A stretch of 64,000 bases of DNA from assembly GCF_024521635.1 (NCBI RefSeq), contig NW_026250403.1, forward strand, positions 3,038,001 to 3,102,000, given 5' to 3'. The notes under the pieces were generated by a model that ran no database searches, was not told the origin of the DNA, and worked only from the letters and a program-made list of their open reading frames with translations. Each line of letters opens with the position of its first letter. The stretch's first letter is position 1. This DNA comes from Tricharina praecox (lineage: Eukaryota). The position numbers and the translations under genes were made by a program. This document shows positions 51,401 through 64,000 of the stretch, in pieces.

Positions 51401-53238
51401 TTAAATTCCACCACCCTCCCCCTGCACCAGCTTTTCACCCCAGCGCACAACATCGTCTACAAAGTCGGTACGAATGTTAAACACCAAATGACACGGCCGA
51501 ACCCTGTCGCCAGGCAGCCCCAGATCCCACGTCGGCGCATCCTCATCCCACCGAACATCCGGCCAGCCCTTGTGGTCCGCTACAAGGCCGTCAATGACTT
51601 CGCCGACTTTCCAGTTGAATGCGCTTAGCAGCGGGAGGCCATCCTGTTCTTGCTGCACATCCTGCTCTTGCGCTGGCTCCTGCTCCTGCTGCTGCCCATC
51701 CTGCTGCTCCTGCTTCTGCTGCTTCTGCTGCTGCTCTTGCGTCTGCTCTTGCTCCTGCTGCTGCTCCCCTTCCTGCTGCTCATCCTGCTTCCACTTCTGC
51801 TCCTGCTCCTCTGTAGTAGTACTAGCGGGAGAGGTCGAAATCTTCAGTGTACCCCCAAATCTCTCCGCGAGTGTATCCACATCTGCCTCGGCAGCCTTTG
51901 GCCCGTTCCCGTTCCCATCGTCTTGATACGAGTGCATATGTATCGCGGCACTATACCCGAGCAGAATATACGCGGTATGATAAAAGTCCGGACCCTTGCC
52001 GGGCTTATCCCTCAAGCCACCATGGGGCGCCTGGGTAGCCGCAAGCACATATCTCACGAGGCCCTCTCGGCTCCAGAGGCACAGGTCCGCTGCGCCATCC
52101 CCGCCATCCCCGCCACCCCCGCTACTGGCAACGCACGCCTCAACCAGCGGCCAGCACGCGCCAATCCACGTGCTGTAGCAGCCGTCGACCAGCTTGTTGG
52201 TGCGCCCGGAGAGGCCGCCCTCGGGCGCGTACTGCCGCGCTGAGAGCCAGCGCGTGAGGTTGGCGAGGGATATGGTTGCGGCGAGCTGGTCGGGCGGGTG
52301 GAGGATCAGCAGCGCCGCGAGCGCGCAAAACGTGTACCCCCCGTGCGCCTCGTTGCCGTTGGGGGTGGCGGCGAAGCCGCCTTCGTACGTTTGGCAGGCG
52401 GAGAGGTAGGTGCTGGTGTTGGTGAGTAGTCCCGCGTCGGTGGGGAGGCGGAGGAGAGAGATGATCGTCAACGCGCAGTATACCCCGCGCACGTCGGTTT
52501 CACCGCCCGCGCAAACGGAGAAACTGCCGTTCGGGGACTTAAGGGTGTGTAGCCACGAGAGTAAAGTCCGCCGGTTGATCATGTCGAGGGTGGACGCGCC
52601 GACGGAGGCGAGGGATAGCACGGCGGCGTAGGTTGGGGCGAGGTGCGCGAGCTGCCCATGGCCGCCGCCGAAGCCGCCGCGCGGGTGTTGCAAAGGCGTG
52701 AATGTCGATATCACTCTGCGGGGGGTTGTTAGCATGCGGCGGCGGCCGAGCCCGCGGGAAGGAGGACTTGCCGCTCCCGGTATACGCTCACGTCCACGCC
52801 CAGCAGCGACAGCCCCGTGATGCACCAGTACACAATCCAGGGCCGGGAAGCGTCCAGCACGGTCATGTAGTCCGGCAGCTTCTCTTCGAACGCGCCCTCG
52901 AGGAACTCGATATGCTCTTGCCGCTTCAGTCTCGGCAGCGGAGAAGAGAGCAGCGGCAGGATGCGGGATACGACGGAGTCCTGCTCGATCTGCGTGGGCG
53001 TCGAGTAGAGGTCGCGGAGCACCGGGAGCGAGCTGAAGAGCGAGGGTGTACGGGGCGCCATGGGGGGCGGAATGTAGCGGTTTGACGGGTTGAAGGGGTA
53101 CACATCTGAGAGGTCTGGAGGAGTGGGAGATGATATAGAAAGTTCTTCGATCCGTGGAGGCGAGGAGCTGGACGACATGGTGGTGCGCTGCTGATGCCGG
53201 AAGCGGGTTCGTGTACGCTTGGGGTTGCGGATCTGCAT
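51401..53238 (-). CDS. RAM1: Protein farnesyltransferase beta subunit, ~593 aa; exons 53238-52772, 52715-51401 (GC-AG intron)
   Basis: LDASRPWIVYW, GGFGGGHGQLAHLAPTYAAV, GGETDVRGVYCA, EAHGGYTFC, GRTNKLVDGCYSTW, GGLRDKPGKGPDFYHT. Start may be ATG 53178. Confidence 0.95.
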
Positions 53239-54233
53239 GGGAAGGGGGGAGCTTGGTATTGTTCTCTTCGACGCGTGCGAGATGGTGGCTGCTGCGTAGT
53301 AGTTAATGCGGGGCGTAGTCAGATGAATGTGGGGTGCGGCACTTCCCGTGATCAAGCGAGAGACGCCATCGCTAGAGTAGTCGGTCAGATGGCAGCCCGC
53401 GACTAGGCAGGCGAAATTGCTGGTGCTCTGTCTACGATCCAGACTCGCAAAGTACTTCCTGCCTTCTCCCGGAGAAAAAGGCGGGACCGCTTCCAGAAAG
53501 CCAAAAGTCAGCTGCTCCAATCTGCAAGCCATGAATCATGAACCTGCACTCGCCATATCATCTCGTTCCATCTCCATCTCCCCCCGGAAATGGGAATGGA
53601 GTACCCAGGGTGAAAGAATAACCATACCACACCGATCGTGAGATCTCAATTATGACATGTCCATATTCATCTTCAGCCACAAATTTGGGGCCGCCCCCCA
53701 GTTGTTGCCCCTTACATCCCAGCAACTCCAGTGGCACCACCCATTCATTTGCATCTCAATCAAGGACAAGACCCAGAGGTAAAATACGGTAAATTCTCCC
53801 AGCTAGGAGTCAGCCACCTCTCCCACCACTTCAGCCTCAACTAAAAACAAGATACCCATCCAAAGCTCGCATTCTCAAAAGAAAAAGGAAAACAGACAGA
53901 CAATGGAAGAAAACAACACGGATGACAAAGGAGACGAAACTGTGAATAAGAGATCGACAACACCCCAAGGTATTAAATGTAGAAGACACAGACGCCCCGA
54001 GAAATCAAATGGGCTTTTGAAGAAAGTAGACGGAAAAAAGGCCATTCGCCCTCCCAGCCACTAACCCCAATGCGAAAGAAAAATCAACCGTCTGACAGCG
54101 ATAGGAAGCAAACACCCACCCCATCGAAAACAGAAGCAGAAACAGAAGGCAAGTAATAAAGTGACAGCATTAACTGTAGTAGCAAGAACTATAAGCAGTA
54201 GGTGGGGAAAATCACAGGTATTGAGCAGTACAT

Positions 54234-56800
54234 CTAATTACCACCCCGGAAGAACCGACTGGCCTCGATAACACTCTCATCGTCCGCCGCGTAATCCCAT
54301 CCCACGATCCTTGTGTCCTGTGAACAGCAGATGATCCATCTGGCGTCGAACTGGAGTTTGAACACTCTATGTAGCCCTCCAGCCTGTGCGGGTGCCGCAG
54401 CCGCAGCCGCAGCAATAACGGCAGCCTGTTGCTGAACCTGCTGTGGAGGCTGCTGCGGGGGCTGCTGCTGCTGTTGTGGAGCTGTCTGGTTGTGAACGTG
54501 ATTGTCTTGTCCTAGCAATTGAGCAGCGACGATGGCTCCGGCAAGTCCAGGCTGGCCCACCTGCTGAACCTGATGCATCTGCACGGCACCCGGATTTCCT
54601 CCCGCCGCGGCAGCCTGGAAATTCTGGAGCGCGGCCATCTGCAGCTGGGCATGGTTCGCAGGGCCAGCACCACCGGGACCAGGCGCTGTCGGAAGCGGTG
54701 TGATGGCCTGTCGAAGAATGTGGTCGGGATTCCAATCACCAGTATCCTCATCCCTTCTCCAGATCCTAACACTCTCGTCGTAACTACCACTCACGATCTT
54801 GTTCCTGGTCGCCTGCACGGTCCGCACAAGGGAGGTGTGCCCACGCAGAGTTGCAATCTCCGCTTGTGTGTCTCGGTCGAAGACACGGATGGTCTGGTCG
54901 CTCGAGCCGGACACAATGGTCCTGCCGTCGAACTGAATGCAAGCGATTCCTTTCTGGTGTCCAACAAAAGTCTTCTCGCACGTTCCCGTCCTCAGGTTCC
55001 AAAGCTTGATAACGCGATCGCCGGATGCCGAGACAATCTCATCGCCATTCAACTGGATTGCGTTGACCGCTGCGACGTGACCCTTGAGGGCCTGAACGGC
55101 GGAATACGCAGAAAGAGGCTTGGGTGTGAACTTGCTCCTGTTGCTGTTGAAGCTAGTGTTGAAAGGGTTCTGAAGGTTCAAACCACTAGACGACGAAGGA
55201 TCTTGGACGTGCCACGAGGGCTGGTACTGAGGATGGTGGGGGTGGTTCGGAGGCGCACCCTGGGGTCCGAACAATAATTTGCTGTTCCAGGGATAGTCTG
55301 GGTTCGAAGTCTCCAACGGCCGTCTGTTCCAGATCTTGATCAATTTGTCCTTGCTGCACGTCACCAGCCACTTCTTGGAGAATCGAAGGTTGAGAACCGA
55401 TTCTTCGTGAGCCTGTGGTATCGTCTGCAGTTTTTCACCGGTCGAGAATCGCCAGACGATGACACTCGCATCCGAGGATCCCGAGATGATGACATCCTCA
55501 TCGGGGTGCTCGTCAAACTGGAGGCAAAGGACGCTCCCGGCATGGCCGCGTAGTGGCTCTCCACGAAGTCTCCGCGTCTTAACGTTCCACACCCGGATCG
55601 TCCTGTCCCTAGAGCCGGAGCAAAGCCACTTCGGCGAGTACTGAATCGTGTAAATGCACTCACTGTGTCCTTCGTGCGAATAGTTTGTATGTGGGATCTG
55701 GAAGGGTGTGCAATTGTTGGTGATCCAGTTCTCTTCCAATTTTCTTCGGTTCTTGAATAGGAACGCCCAATTGAGGCGGGGATATCCGTATCCAGGAGTT
55801 GTCAGAGTTGGCTGGATTGCCAACGGAGGCTCCGAGTAGCCTTGCGTCGTAGCCATCGGGCGGCGCTGTGGCGTGGGATACATCTCTTCGTCGTCTGATC
55901 CCACACCGGGGTATACGATCGGTTTCTCATCGGCATCCGTAGCCGCCCCGTAAGCCACATCTATCGCGTCTGACCCATTCGGTTCGATAACGTCGTTCCC
56001 CCAGTCTTGAGATATATCCATCGGCTGACTGCCTCCGTTGTCGCCCACCACTCTAGATCGTCGCGCCTCCTTCGCCTTCCTCTCCTCCTTCCGGTTCTCC
56101 TCCGCCTTCCTCTTCGACTCCATCTGCTGCCGTATCTCAGTCTCATGACGAGTCCGAACCTCCGTCTCAAAGTGCCTAATCTCATCTTCGTTCGCTTCCC
56201 ATCCTTGGCGCCTGTAAAGGTCTTTCCACAATCTGGGCTCGAGAGCGAACTTGCGCCAGGTTCGCGAAGCAAGCGACGCATCCAGCAGCGATTTCGGCGG
56301 CAGGTACGAAAGGATCTGCAGCGAAAGTTCCGAAGGTAGGAGCTGAACGAAATCGAGGTGTAGGATGGGTACAAGTCGGTCGACCAGAGAGGCGATGTGC
56401 GACGTCGGTAGGGTTCGTACAAGCTTGTAGGCGTACTCTGTGGGGGGGAATGTGCAACCGCATCAGCAATCTCCACATCCTGTTGGCGACGAGGGAGGGG
56501 AATCTGCGACTACTCATCGCATCGCTACTACTGACCTTCCCTCAAAGCATCGCTCAACCCCGTCATCCACGCAGGAATTTTAACGTCGCCAAATCTATCC
56601 CTCATGCCACCCGATGGATCCTCCGACGCGCCAGGAGTGTGTGTCTCTTCGCCGCTGTAGCCCTCATCCACCTTGCTGCTAAAACTGTGCTGAGTCCTCA
56701 AGCCAGGCTCCGCACCAAAGGTAGAGGACGACGGAGCAGCGGGGATGTTGGGAAGGAAGGGATTGAAAGACGAAGTAGAGGCAGCGGAAGGAGGCTGCAT
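54234..56800 (-). CDS. fwd-1: F-box/WD40 SCF substrate receptor (FWD-1/Pof11/beta-TrCP-like), 822 aa; exons 56800-56536, 56437-54234
   Basis: Spliced F-box LHLDFVQLLPSELSLQILSYL...SRTWRK...LWKDLY; WD40 repeats GHSECIYTIQY, GHAGSVLCLQFD, GHVAAVNAIQ, GHQKGIACIQFDG, GHTSLVRTVQ, RVFKLQFDARWIICCSQD. Confidence 0.9.
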
Positions 56801-59798
56801 CGCTGGTATGGTACGATGTTGGTGTTCGTGGTAACGGCTCCCGTTGGACTATCGTCTGCTTTGTTCCGTTTCCGTGCAGTGGGTGTAGCGTGTTCGAGCG
56901 GTTTGCTGCGTACGTGTGGCGTTACCTTCAATACTGCTGTCGAAATTAGCTTGTGTGTTTGTTTCCTCCTTGCGTGCTTGCGTTTGATTAGGCCACCGCC
57001 GGTAACCGTAACACTTTGTGCGTACCTTCTCCCGTTTGCTCGCAGTACAATTTATCGGCGAGTTCGTTTGGGATGAAGTTGGATCCGTCCTCGTAGCGGG
57101 TGTGTCGGTGCTTGGGAGGAGGAGGAGGGGGAGGGGAAGAGGGAGGAAGCGGAAGTGAAGAGGATTAGATAGGAGGGAAAGAGAGAAAGAGAGGAGGGCA
57201 GGCAGCAGGCGAGGCTCTCTTTCAGGTCGACTAGCTGTGTGGTAGGGTAGGGGGGGACGAAGCAGTTTGGGGGGTGAGTGTCGGGTTAGCAATTGCAGGG
57301 GGCATCAAAGTGTGTGGGAGTGGGAGAGCAACAGTAGACGAAGGGGCGGTCTGTCCGCTCATCAGCGGATTCATAACACAGCGGAGCCCTTAGTAATTAG
57401 TGCGAATTGTTGAAGCCGTTAATTCGTCTCTTGGCACCGACAGCTATCCTCCAAGAGTCCAAGATGCCTTTGCCGCGACAACCGCGCAAAACAACGTTCA
57501 GTCCACCTCACTGACTGCAGCCTGCAGGTTACCGCGCCCCTTCACTTGGGAGCTCGAGATACTGCCCCATGTAAGCAGATGTAGCGTACCCGGTTCTAGC
57601 TCTCGCCTGCGCTTTGAAAGCATGTGCCCCGTATCGAAGGAAATTGCGACTTCCTAGAGCATCGAAAATCCATCATTTGAGTGAGCTCTCCACCGCACAA
57701 AACCTGGTATGGGAATGTGTTGGGCTTGGTGGTTTTCAGAGCGAATATCTAGGTGGAAACTATGGTTTACTGTCGGAAATCTAGAAACAACATGGACGAG
57801 CGCGTTGATAGCTTTCCCTTATATAGGTTCCTACGGATTGCGGAGAATCGTGACGTCGTGGTAGGAATCCTCGCCTCCACTGCACGTCAAAGACGCCCGT
57901 GCTAGGCCAGGGTTGTGTCAAAGTCCGATGTCGTGGGGACAATCATTACCACCAGCTAAATCACCGAAAGCTTCAGGTTCATCGGCTCGATCATTTCATA
58001 TAGAAAGGGAAAGGTTGATGGGGAAGGAACCGGCTGCTACAAATCCTGGTGGAGGCGTTGAAATCGATCGTTCTTGCGGACTCGAGGCAGCCGACTGCAT
58101 TCGCCATCCCAGACTGAAAAGACATGGAAACAAAAGGCATCGTTGGGATGAAAACGGTATTTGATTGATTCTGTTATCAATGGCTTGTGGCGAAGAAAAC
58201 AAACAGATGAGTGATTTCCAGGTACACGGAGCTTGTCCTCGATCTCTATAATGACGGAAAAATCTTCAGGGAGCGGGGTTTGGTAGTTCACCGTGTGATA
58301 TTCGGCTTGATACCCCGAAAGCGGCAGCAGACTCAGACAGAGAGAACTGGTTGGGAGCCGACGAAGTGACTAGCATGGCGAATGCATCAAGCCCTACGCA
58401 CTGGCGGCGGGACATTGCAGGAAAAGCGTGCTGCCGGCCCTGCGTACATAGGCCTGAGCTCCGTGTTGGCCAGTGAATTCTTGACGTACATACGAGAGGA
58501 TTTTATCTTGTGAGTACATATTTCAGGAATGTGTTTGCTATGTAGTGGGGTCCCAAAAGTTCCGGTGAATCCTGCGCTGCGGACATTTCCACTACACCGT
58601 GAACCAATTCAGTGCTATTTTTTTCGTCTTAATGGGAAGATCTTTCCGCGGCGCATAAGTCGAAGCGTTGACGCGGTGCCACTATGATCTTCAGTGATAA
58701 TATTCGTCCCCACACATGGCCCTATCACTGTCGTTTATTTTACCCCCCTCAAGTACGGTGTATGTTCGAATGCAGTGAGTCCTACGGCATCGATATTCAC
58801 CCGCTCCTTTCGCTACTCTGGAGTAAGTACTATAGTTACCGGATGTGGCTAGAACAGACAAACTACCAAATCCGGAATTCCCTCTTGTGGCTTTTAATTT
58901 CCGACGTTCAGCTGTTGCTGGGGTTGAGTCCAGCGGCCAGCAGCCAGCCCATACCGGTACGGCACAAAGGTCATTTCCTTCGTCCTGAGGACTTCTCTTT
59001 CTCTCCCTCTCCGTATTCCCCATCAATCCATCCCCTCTCTCTTCCATTCACTTCACTTCTCTCCTCTCTCTCCTCTCTCTCCTCTCCCCTTCTCTTCGAT
59101 TGGCCCGATGACAGGCAGCACTCGTAATTTAAAATACTTGAGAAAGTAAGTGCCGACACACAAAAACAACGCTACGCCAGCACATCAATGATCACCCACA
59201 TCCTATCCATCCATCCAACAGTGCACACTCCATAGCATCCCCCACCACCGCCAATAATAAATGAGAAGAACACTCCGACAGAGGTAACAGGAGTGAACCC
59301 CGCGACGTCATTCTACTGTAGAGTATGCTGTGCCGGGTAATAATTACGCATATAACTACCACCCAAGGTTCTGTCCGTTTCCCGAAGTGGAACCCGGTGA
59401 TCACTCCTTTCTCCTCTCACCTCCCTCGAGCCTACCGTCCAGCCGCTTTGCTTGGTTCTTCACGTTAAAGAGGAAGGCCGGCGAGCACGGACCGCTTCGT
59501 AGAGGATGGATAAAGCTGGAGATGGTTAACTGGATGTGGATGGAGGGAGATGGCGATCTCCGTGTTACACACGGTATAATTGGCACCGAGACTTGGTATT
59601 TTATCTAGCAGATAAGGGATAAGTTACTGGTAAAAAGAGGTTCGAGAATTCGTTTTCGCTTTGTCTGAGACGGAGAAGGAGCAAGTAAAGCGTGCTTAGT
59701 ATGTTTCGGTATAAAGTAGAGTATCCATCACAAGCCCCACCACGCCATCGTCGCCCTGCATAACCAGCCCAAAGAATCGAAGAGTCGAAGACAGACGT

Positions 59799-61875
59799 TT
59801 AGATGTCCGCTTCTTGCTCATCTACTTGCGCCTGCACCTCCTGCAGCTCTTCTGTCGGCGGCGTTTGTGGCAGGGCATTGAATTTCCTGAGCACCCTCTC
59901 GATGCCGTTGATTCCCTTCTCTAACGTCTCCCATTTCGGACCGTAGGAGACTCTACAGAAGTGGTGACTTTCATATATCCATCAGTACTCGAAGTTCCGA
60001 GAACGAAGAGTGGAACCAAACTTACCAAGGCGAGTCAAACAGATCCCGACGACTGGACGGGTTGAGATCAAAGAAGATACCGGGCACAACGATGACTTTC
60101 TCCTTGAGGCACTCCTCGAAGAATCCAAGTCCATTCTGAATCCTCTGCGGGAGATGACTCAGATCGAGCCAGATGTAGAACGTGGAATCCGGGATGCGAG
60201 GGAACTTGAAGCCCATCTCGGTTAGTCGCTTCAGCACCCAGTCGCGCTTATCGCGGAAGTGCTGCTGCAGTGCTGCCATCTCGGAGACGACGAAGTCCGG
60301 CTCCAACATCGGGATGGATGCTTCTTGGAAGGGAACGTTGGAACCACCGTCGAGATAGCTTCCGCAGGAGCCGATCGCTTTGATGAATTCTTTCGGGCCG
60401 ACGACCCCTACGTTGCGAGTGAGTGAGTGGGCACATACGGAGTAGGACGAGGGAGCTTACAGGCAATACGCCAACCAGGCAGGCGGAAACCCTTGGTCAT
60501 ACCGTCGAGAATGAGCACTGCTAGGCATCAGCTTTGTCGAGCACATCATACCAGGCCGGAAGCAACCTACCATCATCGATATCGACATCTTCCACAAAAT
60601 CGGCGCAAGAAATTCTGGTACCATCACACGCTCCGGTGTAGTTGTATGCAGAGTAGAACTCGTCCATGATCAAAGTGCAGCGTCCACGACAGATGTCCAT
60701 GATCTCCTTGAGCGTCTCGCCTTTGACCATGTGGCCGGTTGGGTTGCGAGGGTTCGAAGTGAGAATCACTTGCACTCCGCGCTTGACTTCTTCCCGGATC
60801 TTCTCGGGACGGAGTGCGTAGCTACAACCAAGTCAATAGGTGCCCACCATGCTGACTGGGACTGGAGGCATACCCATCGTTCTCGTCGAGCGGAATGGGA
60901 ACAGCCGCGAAGTTCTTGAACAAGCCCAGCATCTCATTGTACTATTCACCGTCAGCAACCAATGCACATCTCATCCCTCACTCCCTAACTTACCGCGGTA
61001 TAATCCGGAATAAAGAAACTCAGGTACGCATTATTCAACACCGCGGCAATCCTAATCAGCCCAGCTCGTCCTCCAGGCACAATCGCAACATTCTCCCACG
61101 TGTACTGCGAAGCCTTTCCCTTTCTATGATGCGCGTTATATAGATTGGCGACTGCCTTGCGGAGCGGCATGATGCCGGCTACAGGGCCATATTCACGCGA
61201 GTTGACGGAGATATCGAGGGTTGTCGGCTTGTGGAAGGCGTGCGGAATCGTATCCTCAACTTCGGGAGCGCCCTGACCAAGGTTGCCCCAGTCTTCGGGG
61301 TTCTCGAGGAAGCCGTGCTCGTACGCGCGCTCAGTGGTCCAGACTAGGTTCGGAGATCAGTGAGTGGAGGTCCGATGAATGGACGAAGGTTTGATATACA
61401 CACCTACACCACTAGATGACGTTAGCAGCAAGAAATCAAGCGGCAGTGGGTGACACTTACGTCGAAGCCTTCGACGGGTCGAGGCCTGGATGTCTATGTT
61501 GCGGCGCAGGATTCTGCGCTTCTCTGAACCGGATATGGGGTGTCGATCTTCGTTCTTCACGGACAGGCAGAGTTAAACATAATCCGACGTGACGGAAGAA
61601 GACATCATACCTGTATCTATCGCCGTAGCAGCCGTCATCGCGCTCTGCAGCGACCTCAGCAAGGCGTTGTACAGAGGCTGGTCCTCCTCCTTGTACGTCT
61701 CATTCTCGACGAGCAGCTGGGGAGTGCCCGGAGTTGACACTCCCGAGCGAGCTCCTGGAAGGTGCAGGTTATTCATGTTGCGCGGAGAGATGATATCTGA
61801 CTGGAGATAGGTGGTTGGGTCCGAAGCTTTATGGCTGTTCAGAAATAGGTCTGAGCGGGGGGAACGCTGGGGCAT
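59799..61875 (-). CDS. PLP-dependent aminotransferase class I/II, ~547 aa; 9 exons 61875-61611, 61554-61461, 61411-61404, 61343-60994, 60941-60874, 60821-60571, 60517-60461, 60407-60026, 59967-59799
   Basis: WGNLGQGAPE, SNPRNPTG, IMDEFYS, PLP-Lys motif DGMTKGFRLPGWRIAW, VIVVPGIFFD, HFCRVSYGP; total exon length divisible by 3. Confidence 0.9.
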
Positions 61876-62979
61876 AAATACCTCTCCGCTCCATACGGGC
61901 CGGTAATCGATTCAGAAGTAAAAACTGCCGCACGCGTTGGGCTGAGTGATGATGCTCACCTCACCCGCCGACCTGCCCACTTGAAAGACTCGATCCCTCC
62001 ACCCCGCACCCCACCCTGCTCCTCACGAGATCTGACATGCTTGATGCTGCTGGCTTCTCCCAATACCTGCCTCTCCATCCACCTCGTCATGGGCCGCACT
62101 CATCAATTGGGCTGGCCCGGTTTCAGCTCCGTATAGTGCGTGCAGAAAGCTTCACGTTCCTCGCTCACCTTCCCACTTGACCGCGACGGATGCCGTGTGA
62201 CCCGAACAGCATGCCCCCGCGACGCATGGATGGAGCTGACTTGAGCATTAAGCTTGCTTGCTGCGGTTCCCTGGCGGGGTAAGTTAGCTCCCCCATCTAG
62301 CAGGGATGCAGGCGGCCAGGACGGGAAGGCTTCGGTATGCCGACAAAAGACACTGGTCGGGCCGAGACGGACTGCCAAGAGTCGGACGGGAGAGCGACAT
62401 CCTTTGTTCACTGTCCAGTCTGGCAGGTGGTAGGTGATGTCAGTCACCCCTGGATGGAAGCGGAAGCGAAATGAAGGAATTCACCGGGCTGAAACGCCCT
62501 ATGCGGGACCCTGATCAGCCGCACGATCTCACTGCTTCTGCATATCAACCAACCAACCAACCAACACTACGATCCCACATATCGAATAATCTAGCCATTC
62601 TCCGAGAAGAGGTGATCATTGCTTCGTCCGGAATTTTGCTCACGTACGGCGAAGAGGATGCATAATGTCAAGCTGCGTTCGATATCGCCAAGGAAGGATC
62701 ATTGTCTGTCTCTGCAGAATTCACATGATTGTTCACTTCATATCACGATGTTTCGCGACAGCTGCACGTCTCCCGAGCACATCGTTTTCTTCGTTTTTAT
62801 TTGCCTGCGCATCTGCGCATTGCGTAACGACGGCTTGCGAATCAGTATTAAAGTTCAGCCCCTCAATCCGAACCCTCCCTAAACATAGAAGTAGGCACAT
62901 GTACTTCCAGCTCCGTCCTCCATCGGTCAACTCCTCACCATGAACTCCTCGCAAGAATACCTCGGCGACATCAGCAGCA

Positions 62980-64000
62980 ATGCGTTCCTACCCGCTCGGC
63001 CTCAACCGTTCGTGTATCATGATCCTTCGCATGTTGCAAAGTTTTCTCTGCCTCGCCCCGGCCTACCTGCTCGGGCTCAATATGTGGGGTCTTGATCCCA
63101 AAATCTCGCTCCCACCGTTCGGAAATACCGCAGTGGGGCTATGGATGATTTTGTGTATTGTACGTGCTCACTGTGCTTTGGCTCTGCTATACACGCTAAG
63201 ATTAGTAGTCCATCAGTGGTTTTCCCAACATGATGAGCTGCTTGTTCTGGTATACATATAATGCCGGATCGGAGGGGGCGATCCTCGTGTTTCCGATCCT
63301 TGCGCTGGACATCGCTCTGTTCTTTGTGCCGCTAGTTGGACTGTCTATGCTCGGGAATAGGGAATGGTTGGGGCAGAGTTGCACAGGATATGCGGCATGG
63401 ACGGTGGAGGGGCATAATGATACACTGAGCCCTCAGTGGCGGCCGAGAGACCCACCGCAGTGGATTGATCTTATGGGTAGCGCGTATAGGACGAAGCCGT
63501 TGACGGGGCCTCATATGGAGTGTGAGCAGTTGAAGATTGCTTGGTCCATGGCCAGCTTCAACATGTGCGTATTTCCATGGTTGGTTGAGTCTGTGTTCAT
63601 CCGCTAACTATGTAGCCACAGGACATTTGCCTTTTTCATGCTACTGCTGAGAATGGCGGAAATCCTCTCCATGGAGGACTCATTGCACCGCCGATACCTC
63701 CTCTGGACCGATCCCAACAAGATACCGAGCTTGTTCCGACGGATTATGTACGTCCTACTCGTTTTGTATCCAGCAGCTTGCAGCATAAAGCGAGAAAACC
63801 ACCGTCACGAAAATCGCCCGGAGAGCATATCCTGTCGCCCTTTCTTCCAGGAGTTCTTCAAGTTCAGATGGCTACCATTACCCCGCCGTGAAAAGTCTTG
63901 TCTCGACAGTGAGCAAGACCCCTCCAACCCCATGGGTCTACTCGACCCCGGCCGTCCAGCGAGCGATGCCAGCCTCAGTAGCTTCAATAGCCTCTTCGAC
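62980..64000 (+). CDS. Hypothetical membrane protein (MARVEL-like four-TM layout), truncated by the window edge; exons 62980-63159, 63209-63564, 63622-end
   Basis: MILRMLQSFLCL N-terminal helix, further hydrophobic helices, CEQLKIAWSMASFN; last exon open to 64000; acceptor could be 63615 or 63621 (same frame). Confidence 0.65.

Noticed and set aside
57780..58291. Possible pseudogene fragment on the minus strand between fwd-1 and the aminotransferase
   Set aside because: Short interrupted frames with no recognisable family; cannot be supported without a search

Overview
Eukaryotic genomic DNA from a filamentous ascomycete (Pezizomycotina-type short GT-AG introns with CTRAC branch points; exact taxon not determinable from the sequence). 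I reconstructed about 19 protein-coding genes by hand from splice signals and frame continuity: a secreted FAD/BBE-like oxidase, VMA6, SPT14/GPI3, ERG26, an HSL-family esterase, an LRR protein, eIF2-beta (SUI3), MIM2, a Pho85-type cyclin, FMC1, a small Cys-rich secreted protein, RAM1, an FWD-1/beta-TrCP-like F-box/WD40 protein, a class I/II aminotransferase and several hypothetical proteins. There is one initiator tRNA-Met gene (22733-22804). Non-coding highlights are (1) two decayed Copia-type retrotransposon 5' ends fused head-to-head at 0.48-1.57 kb, forming a long fold-back whose primer-binding sites match the tRNA-iMet gene in this window; (2) a clean 233-bp hAT-type MITE with an 8-bp TSD; (3) an isolated ~300-nt hairpin at 35.5 kb that looks like a Dicer/milRNA precursor; (4) three 6.5-9.4 kb gene-poor, SSR-rich gaps enriched in a TACCG/CGGTA motif. 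No database searches or folding programs could be run; all product calls are from recognised motifs.
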